The translations under genes were made by a program, and so were the position numbers. A DNA stretch of 64,000 bases from Vicugna vicugna (lineage: Eukaryota): NCBI GenBank assembly GCA_013265495.1, contig MU058718.1, positions 248,001 to 312,000 on the forward strand. The letters are read 5' to 3'. Under the pieces are notes generated by a model. It searched no databases and was not told the DNA's origin. It saw only the letters and a program-made list of their open reading frames with translations. Within the stretch, counting starts at the first letter, position 1, and the number at the start of each line of letters is the position of its first letter. This document shows positions 51,901 to 63,400 of this stretch, in pieces.

Positions 51901-54900
51901 TGGAACTAACTTTTTAACCCTGTTTCTTCTCCTTGGATGTTAATACAAACACAAGTCCTCTGGTTGTTGAAGTACTAACCCTACCCATCAGTTTCTCAAA
52001 GTGTGCTCCACCGAGCACTAATACCAGAAGCAGCTGGTGCTCTTGTTTTAAAGCAAGGTGTGCACTCTAGACATACTAACAGTGATTCTTTGGGTATTTT
52101 CATTCACCCAGTAACAGACACACACAACCACCAATGATTAAATTCACAGGGAAAGGACCAATATAGTCAAATGGCAGTAGGAATTGTATTTGACTAAATA
52201 CCCAATGGGTTGTATTTTCTCAGCAGTGAAAAGGAAGATAATTGTCATCCCTAACACCTCAAGGATTCTTCTCCTTCGTATAATTCTTCATGTAGATTTT
52301 GCAGGACAAAGTAATAATATTTTCAGTTCACTACCACCTTAATCATTTCAACCAAAATTGGTTTTGATCTGCCACAGTCTCAGTCAACATCTCTTTGACC
52401 CTAATTTTTGATGGGCTTTGTTTTTTAGACAATATATGGCTCACAGGTGGAGGGATGGCCAAATATTACATTACAAAGGCTCTGCTTTCCTTTAATTCTA
52501 AGGCTTTCCCTGCCAGGAAGGGCCACAGGATAGGTTTTTCTGCTCTTTTTTCTTCTCCCCACAAGTAGAACTCCATTTTATTCTGGTTCTGGGAGAAAAA
52601 CAAGATTTAGTGAGGGAAACCTTGTCTTCTTGGTGGGAGTGTGTATTGATTTATGGGAAAATCCCAAACTATGTACGGTACAGCTAAGATTCTAAATGTG
52701 TAATTTAAAAAATTTGCTAAAATTCAAAACAAATCACCCTTTATTCCAAAATCAATCACCAAATATGTTAGACGTGCTACTTTTGCTCTTTACCTGTTTG
52801 CACTGGGCTTTACTGTGCCCAGAATTGTTATCAGCATGCGAGGCATGACTCCCCCAGGCAAAGGCAGGTCATAAGGCACATTCTGGGAATAAAAAATACA
52901 TATCAATAAAGAGTCATGTTTTCTTAGGGCAAGAAAGAAAAGATGGTAAAGTTCAACCACTATTTACTATGTGAATAACATACAACCCTGCTGTCAGCCA
53001 TCTTTCCAGGCTCAGGCCTTGCCCAGGGACTGAAGAGAGAAAGCTCTCTACACAACCACAACCAATAATTGAGGATAAGACCATCAGTTCATTGGTGCCA
53101 AAGATGGACCACGTTCTCTTTTAGAGCACTGTCTGTCTCATGAGGAGGGCCATCCCAATCTACAACTCATCCAGTTAGCCTATTTTCTGAAATGGCTTAA
53201 GCCAGACCTTGCAATGAACAGTAACATTTTTGTGCCACTCTTAAGGTCCTTGTCACGTAACATGCTTCATCATGGTTATTCTGCTCCCTGAGGGCAGGCA
53301 TCGTGTCTCTTCCTGGGCTTCTGAGGTCTCATATGTTCCACTCACATGGGCCCAGTGAAGTGCTTTGAATGTGGCAGGTACTCACTGTTTGTGGAATGGA
53401 CACTTCCCAGTTAATATATTCCCCAGTTCATTCCACAAATATTTATTGACCATCTATGTTCAAGGTGCTGTAAATAGTCCCATTTGCTCTGTCTTTGGCC
53501 TCTTCTATTTTTCCTTCATAATTTTTTCCCTCTGGGTTCAACCATCACCCAAGTCTTTTCTCTCTAGCCCTGATCTGTACTAGTCCTGGGCTTCCTCTAG
53601 TCTGGCTTTGCTCCTGGTGCTGCAAATCTTGACAGGTGTGAACTACGGTTGTCTCCCCTACCTGCGCCACAATGAGTTTCCGCTTTGGGCTGACCCTTGA
53701 CTGGTGCTCTAGTCGTCCAGCCTTGAAGAGTCATCTCTGACTCCTAAGACCTAGCCACCAGATCCTGGGGTTCTTCCTCTGCAATCTCTCTCCCATCCAC
53801 CTCTTCCCTTCCACAGTCCCCATGTCCCACTCTGTCTCAGCTGACTACCTGTCCGTGGTCCCAGCCCACTCAATGCCTCCCATGCTCTAAATGCCCTCTC
53901 TGTGCTCTCCCTAAGCTGACCCAAAAACAGATCAGATGCTACCTGTGCCGTCATAGTCCTGAAAGGGACTGACCCCATGCTGCTTTTGGACTCTCCCCTC
54001 AGATCTGTATCTTTTCCTCCAATTAGACTACTTGGAAGGGAGGGATCCGTGTCTGAGATGTCTGGAGCCCCACAGAGTTAGGTTTTATGTTTAGAGTTCA
54101 TTTTTTAAAATGAGTTTTAATATAAATGAAAATTCAATCCTTGGATCACAAAATTATCTTTAGAATGTTTTTCAAAACCAGATTATCTTGGTTCCCCAAA
54201 GGCTCCTTCTATAACCACGGGCAGCTTGTATAACTCTCTATTGCCCATTTCCTCATTTGTAAAGTGGGGAGAGTAACAGTGTCTTACAGGGTGGTTATGG
54301 GGTTAAATGAGATCATCTCTACAGGAGCACACAACTGGCACATGTCATATACTCAATGTTTATTAATGATAACAACTCAAACTTCCCCCATTACTATGAT
54401 CTTAACTTGATGTATATTAAAGCTGCTTTACAGATGCCTTCAAAAGATGCATGAGCTTCTCTTTATACTAAAACACACATACTAAACTCAACACGAACAA
54501 TTATTTTTTCTATTGGACCAAAAGACACTGTAGCTGGCCCTTGCAAAGTGGCCCTAAAGCAGAGAGTTTAAAGCTTCAGGTCTCCCTGAAGCCCTCTGCA
54601 GGTCAGTGCCCAGAGCCAGCTCCCAGCCAGAACACTGCAAAGTGATGGCATCACTGCTCCAGACAGATGCTACATTCTTCATTAGCTTCATCCCAATATC
54701 ACAATCAAGTATATGAAATGATTGGCTGGCTGCATCTTACCAGTGGTCCAGAAGGGATGCCAAAGGGGCTGGCCGCAGGGTAGGCTCCAGGAGCACTTGG
54801 CTGTCCAGAAGGTGGGTAGGCCCCAGACCCACCAGGTTGCCCTGGGTAGGCTCCTGGTACAGTTGGTCCAGGATAACCAGGTGCTGTTGGGCCAGGGTAG

Positions 54901-56709
54901 GGCCCAGGAGGTGCCTGGCCAGGGTAGGCCCCAGGATAGGTGCCTGGAGGTGCCTGGCCAGGGTAGGCCCCAGGATAGGAAGCTCCTGGGTAGCCTCCTG
55001 CCCCAGGCTGATTTCCCCATGGACCAGGCCATCCTTGAGGGTTTGGGTTTCCAGACCCAGATAAGGCATCGTTAAGCTGGAGAGAAAGACAGAAACAATT
55101 ATAGGATGAAAAACATTCAGAAAAACAGAATTTTCAGGTAAAAAGGAATACGTGCTCTAAGAAGTAGAGGGATATGGTGAAGATATGAAATTCATATCAA
55201 TAAAAAATTTTCCATCTATTAGTTTTGAGTTCCTAAGAGTAAGATTAGACTTTGAGATTATGCTTGCCTTATCACTTTATTCTAGCCTCCCGTCATCTCA
55301 GATCATTAAGGGTTGCACTTTCATAATTTGCTTAAGTCCTCCATGTAAATGCACATACTTTCTAACTGACATGAGAAAAACAATCACAAAAATCAGGATG
55401 CTCTTGGGCTGCAAACGTTCCCGCAAGCTGGCCCTGCTCGCCTTGGTCTTCTCTTCGCTGGGTGTCTACTGCACGTCAGGTGCAACTTTCAGTGCCATCC
55501 AGGCTAGTATCAGGGAGGCTGCCGTGTCCAATGGGAGGCGCCTGGGATGCGGAGTCAGAAGATTTGGTTTGAAACCGAGTACCATCCATCAAGAGCTCCA
55601 AACTCTCGGAGCCATCTTGTTACCTGTACTGGACTTAGTGTTATTGTTTGTAAAACGGGGTAAATGATCCATTTCATGAATTGTTGTGATAAACAGATGA
55701 GGCAGCAGCATTTGGGAAGGCTCTTTATAGACTGCAAGGCGCTATGTCCTTTCTCTCCAGAAAGAGACTCTGCCTTCTCCCTCCCCATTTTCTCTGCTAC
55801 AGTATTTCTTTTGCAGAGTGTTAGGTGGTGCATAGAAGACATCTGCGTTGATTGAACATTATCTCCCGGGACGGTCTGATCCTTTGATACAACAGGAACA
55901 CAAACCCCAGACCTGGTATTGGGGCAACAGAGTGAGGCTATGAAGGGAGCCCATGGGGTCTGGGGAAGGGGAGAGAGAAACAGAGGGCCTGATGATGAAC
56001 AGCAAACTGGTTTTAGAGAAGACAAAACTGGAGTTCATGGCTGGGTGTGGTGTGAGTCATTCTGTTAAGGAATTTGGGAACACATATGCATACTAATAGG
56101 AGTTTATTTTGGCTGCTTCTTTTTCCGACATTTGGGAAGGGAGTTGGGGTAGAGGGTACTACAGGATTTAAAAAAAAAAAAAAAACCAGCACTCCATAAC
56201 TGACTAAACTTCAATTAAAAAATTTTTTTAATTAAAAAAAAATCAGAACACTCAGACTGCACCACACTTCCTGTTGTTGCTCAGTTATTTCTCAGCGCCT
56301 GCCGGTGGAATCCACCCACTTCTGTCCTAGGCCTCTTGGTAAAGGCTTACTCTTAGTGAGTCCCAGGCCTCTGCGTGTCTTGCTTTCTTCCCAAGTCTGT
56401 TGCTGGAAAAACAAGACTCCAGCTAACAAGCCCTCAATGGACAGGTGAGGCAGAGGAAGCCACATGGTGGGAGGGTTAGAAGGGAAAGTCTGGTGGTTAA
56501 AAAAACCTCAACCTAGGGTAGGGGAGTATATATGTGTGGGTAGGGAGGGCTATGTGGGAACTCTGTACTTTCTATTCAGTTCTGTTGTGAACCTGAAACT
56601 GCTCTAAAAGAATAAAGTTTATTAATAAAAAAAACTCAACCTACATGAATGTATATACATTAGTGTAGGAAAACAGATATAAAACACTTACCGAAAAACT
56701 GTCTGCCAT
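48772..56709 (-). CDS. LGALS3: Galectin-3, spliced CDS of 5 coding exons, 254 aa
   Basis: MADSFS + Pro/Gly/Tyr repeat domain (PSAP motif at 54789-54800) + galectin CRD with HFNPRF, CNT, WGKEER; 18+336+89+166+156 = 765 nt. Confidence 0.98.
50295..50460 (-). CDS. LGALS3: LGALS3 exon 5 (sugar-binding site)
   Basis: [55 protein letters not shown]; 166 nt. Confidence 0.97.
50638..51492. mobile_element. MER44/Tigger7-derived element in LGALS3 intron 4
   Basis: GGGGATACGTTCCAAGACCCCCAGTG start and TAAGGGGGAACTACTG end, TA on both sides. Confidence 0.85.
52794..52882 (-). CDS. LGALS3: LGALS3 exon 4
   Basis: [30 protein letters not shown]; 89 nt. Confidence 0.96.
54741..55032 (-). CDS. Mitogaligin-like alternative-frame ORF (GALIG); 101 aa when spliced to exon 4, stop at 52869-52871
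   Basis: [24 protein letters not shown]...[11 protein letters not shown]..., 17 Trp, cationic, strong Kozak AGGATGG; ends ...WTTECAL*. Translation is not demonstrated. Confidence 0.5.
54741..55069 (-). CDS. Cytogaligin-like alternative-frame ORF (GALIG); 109 aa, with the stop TG|A created at the exon 3/4 junction
   Basis: [18 protein letters not shown]...[11 protein letters not shown]...LLDH*. Translation is not demonstrated. Confidence 0.45.
54741..55076 (-). CDS. LGALS3: LGALS3 exon 3 (N-terminal repeat domain)
   Basis: [45 protein letters not shown]...[10 protein letters not shown]; 336 nt; CTG|gtaaga. Confidence 0.97.
56517..56630 (+). mobile_element. Short L1MC/ME-type 3' end in LGALS3 intron 2
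   Basis: ATGTGGGAACTCTGTACTTTCT...GTGAACCTGAAACTGCTCTAAAAGAATAAAG plus A tail, flanked by aaaa(c)ctcaaccta. Confidence 0.6.
56692..56709 (-). CDS. LGALS3: LGALS3 exon 2 coding part (exon 56692-56713)
   Basis: cag|GAAA ATG GCA GAC AGT TTT TCG|gtaagt. Confidence 0.93.
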
Positions 56710-58671
56710 TTTCCTGAAAGGAGAAAAAAAATACATAGGTTATCTTAAAAGATTTCACTGGTTTCTGTATGAATTTAACATCCCAAACAGCTCATTCTGC
56801 AGCTCTAGTCAATCTACAGGCATTCTTCTAACATAAGCCAGTCTCTATAAAATGCACCTAAGTCAATAGTGGGGAACCACAGAGTGTCTCATCAAAGGCC
56901 AGGGATGCACTCCACCTAGATCACCATGCCCTACATCCTATTTAACTCATAACTTTAAACTAATCATGCTAGTCTGTGTCCTGATTCCTGGGAGTAACAG
57001 GCCATACAGCGCAGGTGGGAATGGAGAGAAAAACGTTCTGCCCCTTTCCTCGGTAACAAATGTCAACGGTCCTGGTTTGTCTTTGGTCCTCCTTCATCTT
57101 CCTTCCTGTAATCTTCTTTCATCATATTACAAAAAGTGCTAGTGTGTTACTATCGCCCACCTCCCCTCGGGTTCCCACTAACAGCCCCATGCCCTCTTAG
57201 GGTTTTAGAAGGAAAGCAGAGTTGAAAGACAATGCCCCAGCCCCACCCCCGACAAAGCTGCTGCCTATTATTTGTTCCTTCATTTGCCTGCTCTGGGCCA
57301 GGCATCTTTCGGGCTCAGGTCTGGGTTTGAAGATGGAATCGGCCAAGATGTGTGGTCAAAGGGTCCACACTAGGAGAAATGACAAGTGATGGACACTTAT
57401 GAGCCGGACTGCCTGTCCTGGGAAGCCATAACCGGAAAGATCACTTCTAAAGGGGAAGGGACAGTGCTGTTTGAGCTAAGCCGTAAAGGAAAGGTGACAT
57501 TGGGATGTGGGGCAATAAAAAAGAAAGACAGGCACAAGATCACAAGATGATGCTTGCTGCTTCTTCTTTTTTTTTTTTTTTAAGTTACTTGTTACTCCAA
57601 ATGAAATCTCTGGCAGTATAAGTTAAAAAAAAGAAAAAGCCAGACAATGGGGAGAAAACATTTTTGGGTAGGATGCTGCCAAAGAAGGTTGGCCTAGCCC
57701 AAAGCTGTCTCAAAGGGTGGCCCTGAGACATCACTCCTGCTTCTCCTGCTCCTCCCCCTGTGCCAGGTTCCTCACCCAACACGAAGTCTTACACCTGCTC
57801 CTGGTGCAGATGCTCTGGCAGTGAGGGGAGGGGGGCAGCTCCAACCCCTCAGGCCTGGTGAGTTTTCTCAGCTCAGCATCACCTGTGCTATGGCCAAAAC
57901 GACCCGGACCTTAAATAGTCAGAAGCTCTTTTTCCTTGAGTCGCCTACTTGTGATATTTACTCAATTATTTTAGGAAATAACATTGCCCCAAGGGATCCA
58001 ATAAATGGTAGCTGCTTGACAGATCCTAAAAATGTAAAATATTTCATTCTTTTGTAAAACAAACAAAAACAGGCAGAGCTCCTCCTAGAACTTAACGTGT
58101 GCTTCATTTACACAACAGATATTTTATCCTACTCTGCTGTTATTTATATCACAGTTAAATATTACCTTGCAAAAAATTTTTTGCACATCTTTTTTAAATC
58201 TGGGCATTCTCAAACATATTTGGGAACACTTAAGTTCCCACTGTTACCACTGTGTCCATCTTCCAATGTAGAAAAATGATGGCCATTTGTTTGGGAAGTC
58301 ACAGTGACTTTCCCAGGGTGAACAGTCACAATATTTCCTAGAGCAGTCGAACTCTTAAAGCCAGCATTGAGTGCTCCTCTGTGCTTCCTTCCCCAAAAGC
58401 CCGCCACTGCCTAGAAAATTGTGCTGCTACTGCGGAAGAAACTAATGAGTTGTTACAGAAAAGGGAAAGAAAGGACATTTCTTAAGCCAAGAAAATAAAG
58501 CTGCTCATTTTAGATGCCAGTAAGAAAGAAACAATCTTAAACTTCACAGTGGGCAGAAAGCTCAGTTCCTTTGATTACACAAATTGTTCTTCCACTCCTG
58601 GGCAACATACCCAAGACTCAGCAATAACTTTGAGTTTTGACTTCTTTTAAACATCCTCATTGTGGAGGGGC

Positions 58672-59006
58672 TTATTCCCAACCTCAGTACCACTGACATT
58701 TCAGGTGGGATACTTTACAGTGAGGGGCTGTCCTGTGAACTGCAGGATCTTCAGCAGCAACCCTGGCTTCAAAACACAAGATGCCAGTGGGGAGGGTATA
58801 GCTCAGTGGTAGACCGTGTGTTTAGCATGCATGAGGTCCTGGGTTCAATTCCCAGTACCTCCATTAACTGAAAAAAGAAAAACCTGTAAGATGCCAGTAG
58901 CAACCCCCTACTCCATTATGACAGCCCAAAATGTTTTAAGACATTGCCAAATATCCTTGGGGGAAAGTGGAAGAAGGCAAAATTGTGCCTGGTCTGAGAA
59001 CCACTG
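58672..59006 (+). mobile_element. MER20 interrupted by a SINE
   Basis: AACCTCAGTACCACTGACATTT...AGACATTGCCAAAT...GAGAACCACTG. Confidence 0.75.
58789..58887 (+). mobile_element. tRNA-derived SINE (Vic-1-like) nested in MER20
   Basis: TSD AAGATGCCAGT (58778-58788, 58888-58898). Confidence 0.85.
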
Positions 59007-59644
59007 GCCTAGGCTGATTAGCTTGTGTATCCCCACATACATGTACAAATGCAGGTCAATAAAAAAATAGAAAAGTAGTTACAATTGGTAAAACTAGCTA
59101 AATCTGTACCATTGGCCTTGTAACATGTCTTATCAACATAACTCCAAATAAAGTTAGATGTCTTTAAAGGCTAGTTACAACCAGAAACTCACACAAAGAC
59201 AGCATTTCCAAAATTTAACATTTATTTTTTTCAAAGTCTCTGTTCAACCATATTCAGTTTATTTTCCAAAGCGACCAAAACAATTTGAGAAACAAAGTAG
59301 ATTTCACTTTATTTCCACTGTGTTTCACATAACACCAAGGATGACAGTTTGGATTGTGTTGTGACACATTAGACAAGCCCATTAGAATAACACCACCCTG
59401 CATTTGTGTGGTGCTTTTCAGTTTACAAAGCACTTTTACACCTTACCTATTTTGATTCTGATAATAATCTTATGAGACTGACAGGGGAAAGTTAATATCC
59501 TCACTTCAGAGGTGAGGAAACAGGCTCAGAGAGCTAATGCAGTGACCCAAAGCCGTTCTGTCATTGGCAGGCCAAGGACCAGGGTCCAAGCATCCTGACT
59601 CCTAATTCAGGACTATTTTACACCAGTATAAAACCTCACACTTT

Positions 59645-59779
59645 TTTTTTTAATTTTCCCAGGGGGGAGGTAACTATGTTTATTTATTTAACTTGTTTTT
59701 CAATGGAGGTACTGGGGATTGAACCTAGACCTCATGCATGCTAAGCATGCACTCTACCACTTGAGCTATACCCTCCCCC
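59645..59779 (-). mobile_element. tRNA-derived SINE (Vic-1-like)
   Basis: Same head on the - strand; TSD about aaaa(c)ctcacacttt. Confidence 0.85.
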
Positions 59780-61218
59780 AAAACTCACACTTTGAAATTT
59801 TAAAGTTTAGTCCTTTGAAAGTGTAATCAGCTCATTTGGAAATTAATTCTCTGGCTTATTCACTCAGAAGTGCATAACATGCTGAATTTGTAAACAAATT
59901 AAAAAAGAGATCATCTTTTTACCAGAAAACTAGCTGGATGACTCATTCAGCGTGCAGTGATACTGAACACAAGGATGCCATTTTGCACAGTCACTTCGCT
60001 AATTATAAACACAATTAAACTGATAAAGCGTAGTTTTCCAAAAACTGGGTATGCATTGCATTGTTTTGATTATGCCAACTGCAAACCATCAAATCTCTGA
60101 TGAAAAGGGTTAGAACTTAAAAAGAAGAACGAAAAGGCAACAAAAAACATCTATTTGGGTAAATATCTTCCTTATTTGCCTGAAAAATTTCTTTTTTTTT
60201 TAAGATGAGTAGTTTATAAGGAGAGAAAGAATCAAATGTAAAAAAAAAATCTTCCCACTCTACAGATACTATAGGTATGTGAACTCCATCCTGACATTCC
60301 CAGAATCAGAGAATTTTGAAGATCCAGAGGAGAAATACTACATCAAAGACACACAAAAACATAGAGGAAATACTATCTGAATTTTCACATTTGGAAAAAC
60401 CTACAGGAAGTAGTTCAGTGTTGCTTTGGAATAAGGAATTTAAACACGAGTCAGAATGCAGACCAATTTAATTGGCTGCTAATTGCAGCTTTTCCCTTTA
60501 ATAAAGAGTGGCTATCCACTGCAGTGTGCTATTCTAGGCCCACCTAGCAATTAATCTAGTTGCCCAGGTTCTCAGGAGCACTTCTGAAATTTCTGCCCAC
60601 AAACGGCCCCAACATTTACACAAGCTGTAAGGGAAGTAGATCATGAACATACTTCCTCAGATCCTCAAGCACTGCCCACACTCCTTTCCAAAGAACACAG
60701 GAGAGGCGGTCTACTTCCTGTCTTTATTGAAACACGGAACAGGGCTTGAGGAAAGTCCACTTACCAAAGCTAAATTCAGTGATTCTGAGTTAGAATAAAG
60801 GAAACTGGCCCTTTACTAGGATTTCTTTCTCATCATAGTTCCTCGGCATCAAGGAAGGTAAAGTTACTTTGTGCCTCTCAGTTACTGATTTTTCTTTTTT
60901 CCCTTATGGAAAATCTGGACATCAGACAAGAGAGAACACATGATACTTAGTCAGCAGCAATTTGGAATTACTGCCCTGGCAGGCTTACCACTCAGAATTT
61001 AATGAGAAGAACCAGTTCAGGCACCAGACACAAAATGTTAACTAGCTGTCCTCAGCAGAAGCCTCTGTCCCAAACCATCACAGGAAAGAGAGGCTATGTT
61101 TTAGATCAGTCTCAGGTACATGATGTTTGCAAGCCAGCTGGTATTGAAGATAACAGTCTCTAAGTTATACTTAACGAACATAGATCTCTGTTGCAATTAA
61201 GATTTAGAGTCCGGGCAC

Positions 61219-61288
61219 AGAGGATATAGCTCAGTGGTAGACTACATGGAGGTCCTGGGTTTAATCTCCAGTACAAAAAAAAAGAAAA
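61219..61288 (+). mobile_element. Short, internally deleted tRNA-derived SINE
   Basis: GGATATAGCTCAGTGGTAGA...GAGGTCCTGGGTTTAATCTCCAGTAC plus A tail. Confidence 0.7.
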
Positions 61289-62399
61289 TTTGAAGTCTGG
61301 CTAACGAGGGTTCTAGGCAAACAGCATCTAAATTACAGTGAGACCAATACTGGCCTTCTGACCTCACTAGCAATAAGTGAATAGTCTTTATAAAGTACTT
61401 CTGCATGTTTGCAGCATAGCAAAATATCATTGATTAAGGACCCCTCAACAGAGTGACTCTTGCCTATCCCATTTAAAAAAATCTAGCTTTTGGGGTCAAC
61501 CTGTCAGGCAGTACTCCCCGTCTTCTGCTACCTAGGTAACCTGGTGAGGCAGCCTCCTAATATCTCTAAGCTCAAAACATTCAAGAACTATCATCAATCT
61601 GGTCCCCAGAATATGAACTAAGTGTGGACTCTAAGAGTAACCCCTTAAACACCATTAATTTAGGAAGCAGCTCCAATGTCCCATAGATCAAGGATAAGGT
61701 ACAGCCATCAAAGGAATGAAACACTATTCCAGGGATTCAAAGTCAATGTCTGAAAAGGAGACTACTGTGCAAAAATAAATTTTTATTATTGAACTTTAAC
61801 TTACATGGAAACACAATTTCCTAGTATGAAAGACAAACTTTATAAACTTGAGGCAAATGAATCAGAATTTTGGAAGTTGGTGAAAATTTTCTCTCATGCT
61901 CTTTGCCAAGTAGTCAATTTTTATTGCTGTCATTTTCTTCAGAACCAAAAGAGCCTGTCTTCCATTCCTTTTCCAGAATCCCAGAAGCACACTGGGTCAC
62001 TGAGGTCCAACCGTCCTCATTGTCCAGCAACCCAACTCCCAGGAGTCACTTTACAAATATTCCACAGTATCTGGAATAGGAGTCGCTAACTTTAAGGGGC
62101 TGGCGTGAAGCGTAAGTCACAGCCTCAAGCCCCGTGTCTCTGAACGCCTACTTCTCGGAGTGGACGCATTTTAGTGCTTTTATTTGAGCAACTGACATCC
62201 AGAATAAATTCTCAAACATGTTTTAAAAGACCCCCCCCAACCCCATCTAGGGCTCTGCACACTCGGACCAACATTCGGCCACACCCCACCCATCCTCTGC
62301 ACAGGTCTGAGATCGTTAATGCCCAAATCTGGGCAGGGATGAGTCACTGATTTGCAAAAGCTGAGGGTCTGCGGTCTTTGCCAAGCAGGGCACATGTCC

Positions 62400-63400
62400 A
62401 CTCAGCTTGGGGCAGCACCATTTTCTGCGGGATCAGCATCCAGAGAGCGGCTGCAGCCCCTGACGCAGCCGGCCTGGTAGCAGAACTCATTTGCACCCCA
62501 CACAAGATCAGGTGGCCAACAGCCAAGTCAAGGGTCGCAGGAGCCGCCGGACAGAGTCCCGGGGCAGTGCCCGCTGTGGAAGGGGCAGGGACACCTGGTT
62601 CCTCCCGCCCGAGTGGAGTGGGGGCTGGGTGTGAGGAGCGCCCGCCCACCACGCACCGCGGCGGGCCCTGGGCAGCCGGGGGCGGGAGGGCGCAAGGCCG
62701 GGGCTGAGTCGCCACAGAAGGTGTCCCGTGCTCCGCCCGGCGTCCGCAGACACACCCGCCCGCAGCGAGGAAGTGCAGGTGAGTCCTGTGAAGCACTGCT
62801 AACTTTCCCCGAGTCTCAGACTCTTCTCTCGCGGGCTCGAAGCCTACGGACCCGGGGCTGGAACTGGGCCCACCGCTCCGCTCCGCCTCACGCCGTCGGC
62901 GCCCGGGGCCCGCTGCCCCCGGGAAGCCAGGCCCCCGCCCCCGCCCCCGCCCCCGCCCAGCCCTCCAGAGGGACCGCGCACCGAGCAGCGGCCGGAGCCG
63001 CCAGCAGGCGGGTGCCCGTGCGGGTCCCGGCGCCCCACAACACTCACCCGACGCCCTCACTCGCTCGTTTGCCGCGGGCTGGCTCCGGCAGAGGCGGTGA
63101 GGTCCTCGCCGGGCGCTGGCTCCGCGCCTCAAATACGTGCGGCCAGGCCCGCCTCTCCCGGGGCGGGGCCGCCACTCCTGCCAGCCCGGCCCCTCCCTGT
63201 GGGCCAGGTTGGGCGAGTCCCAGGCCCCGCTGGACAGCCTGGCGCCGTGGCTCCAGGGCGCAGAGGAGACGCCTGACCACGGGCAGTGGCGGGTGGGACC
63301 CCGACCCGCGGCCCCCATCTCCGCAGCGTCCAGTCGGTCCCCTCCGCGCCGTTCCCCGTCCCCACGTTCAACTGCCTCTCTCCAGATTCACCTGCTAACT
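62400..63400. promoter_or_regulatory. LGALS3: CpG island / GC-box-rich LGALS3 promoter and intron 1
   Basis: Very high GC and CpG content; GGGGCGGGGC at 63160-63169; tandem GC boxes at 62931-62958. Confidence 0.85.
63048..63136 (-). other. LGALS3: LGALS3 exon 1 (non-coding; donor at 63061 or 63048; TSS approximate)
   Basis: GTATTTGAGGCGCGGAGCCAGC...GGAGCCAGCC...AACGAGCG resembles the human exon 1 as recalled; followed by GTGAG donors. Confidence 0.75.

Noticed and set aside
54722..55075. 117-aa + strand ORF antisense to LGALS3 exon 3
   Set aside because: It starts at TTG, has no promoter or splice support, and its openness is explained by repeat codon composition.
55185..56025. 160-aa and 156-aa ORFs in LGALS3 intron 2
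   Set aside because: No homology; the composition looks like random intronic or MIR-derived sequence.
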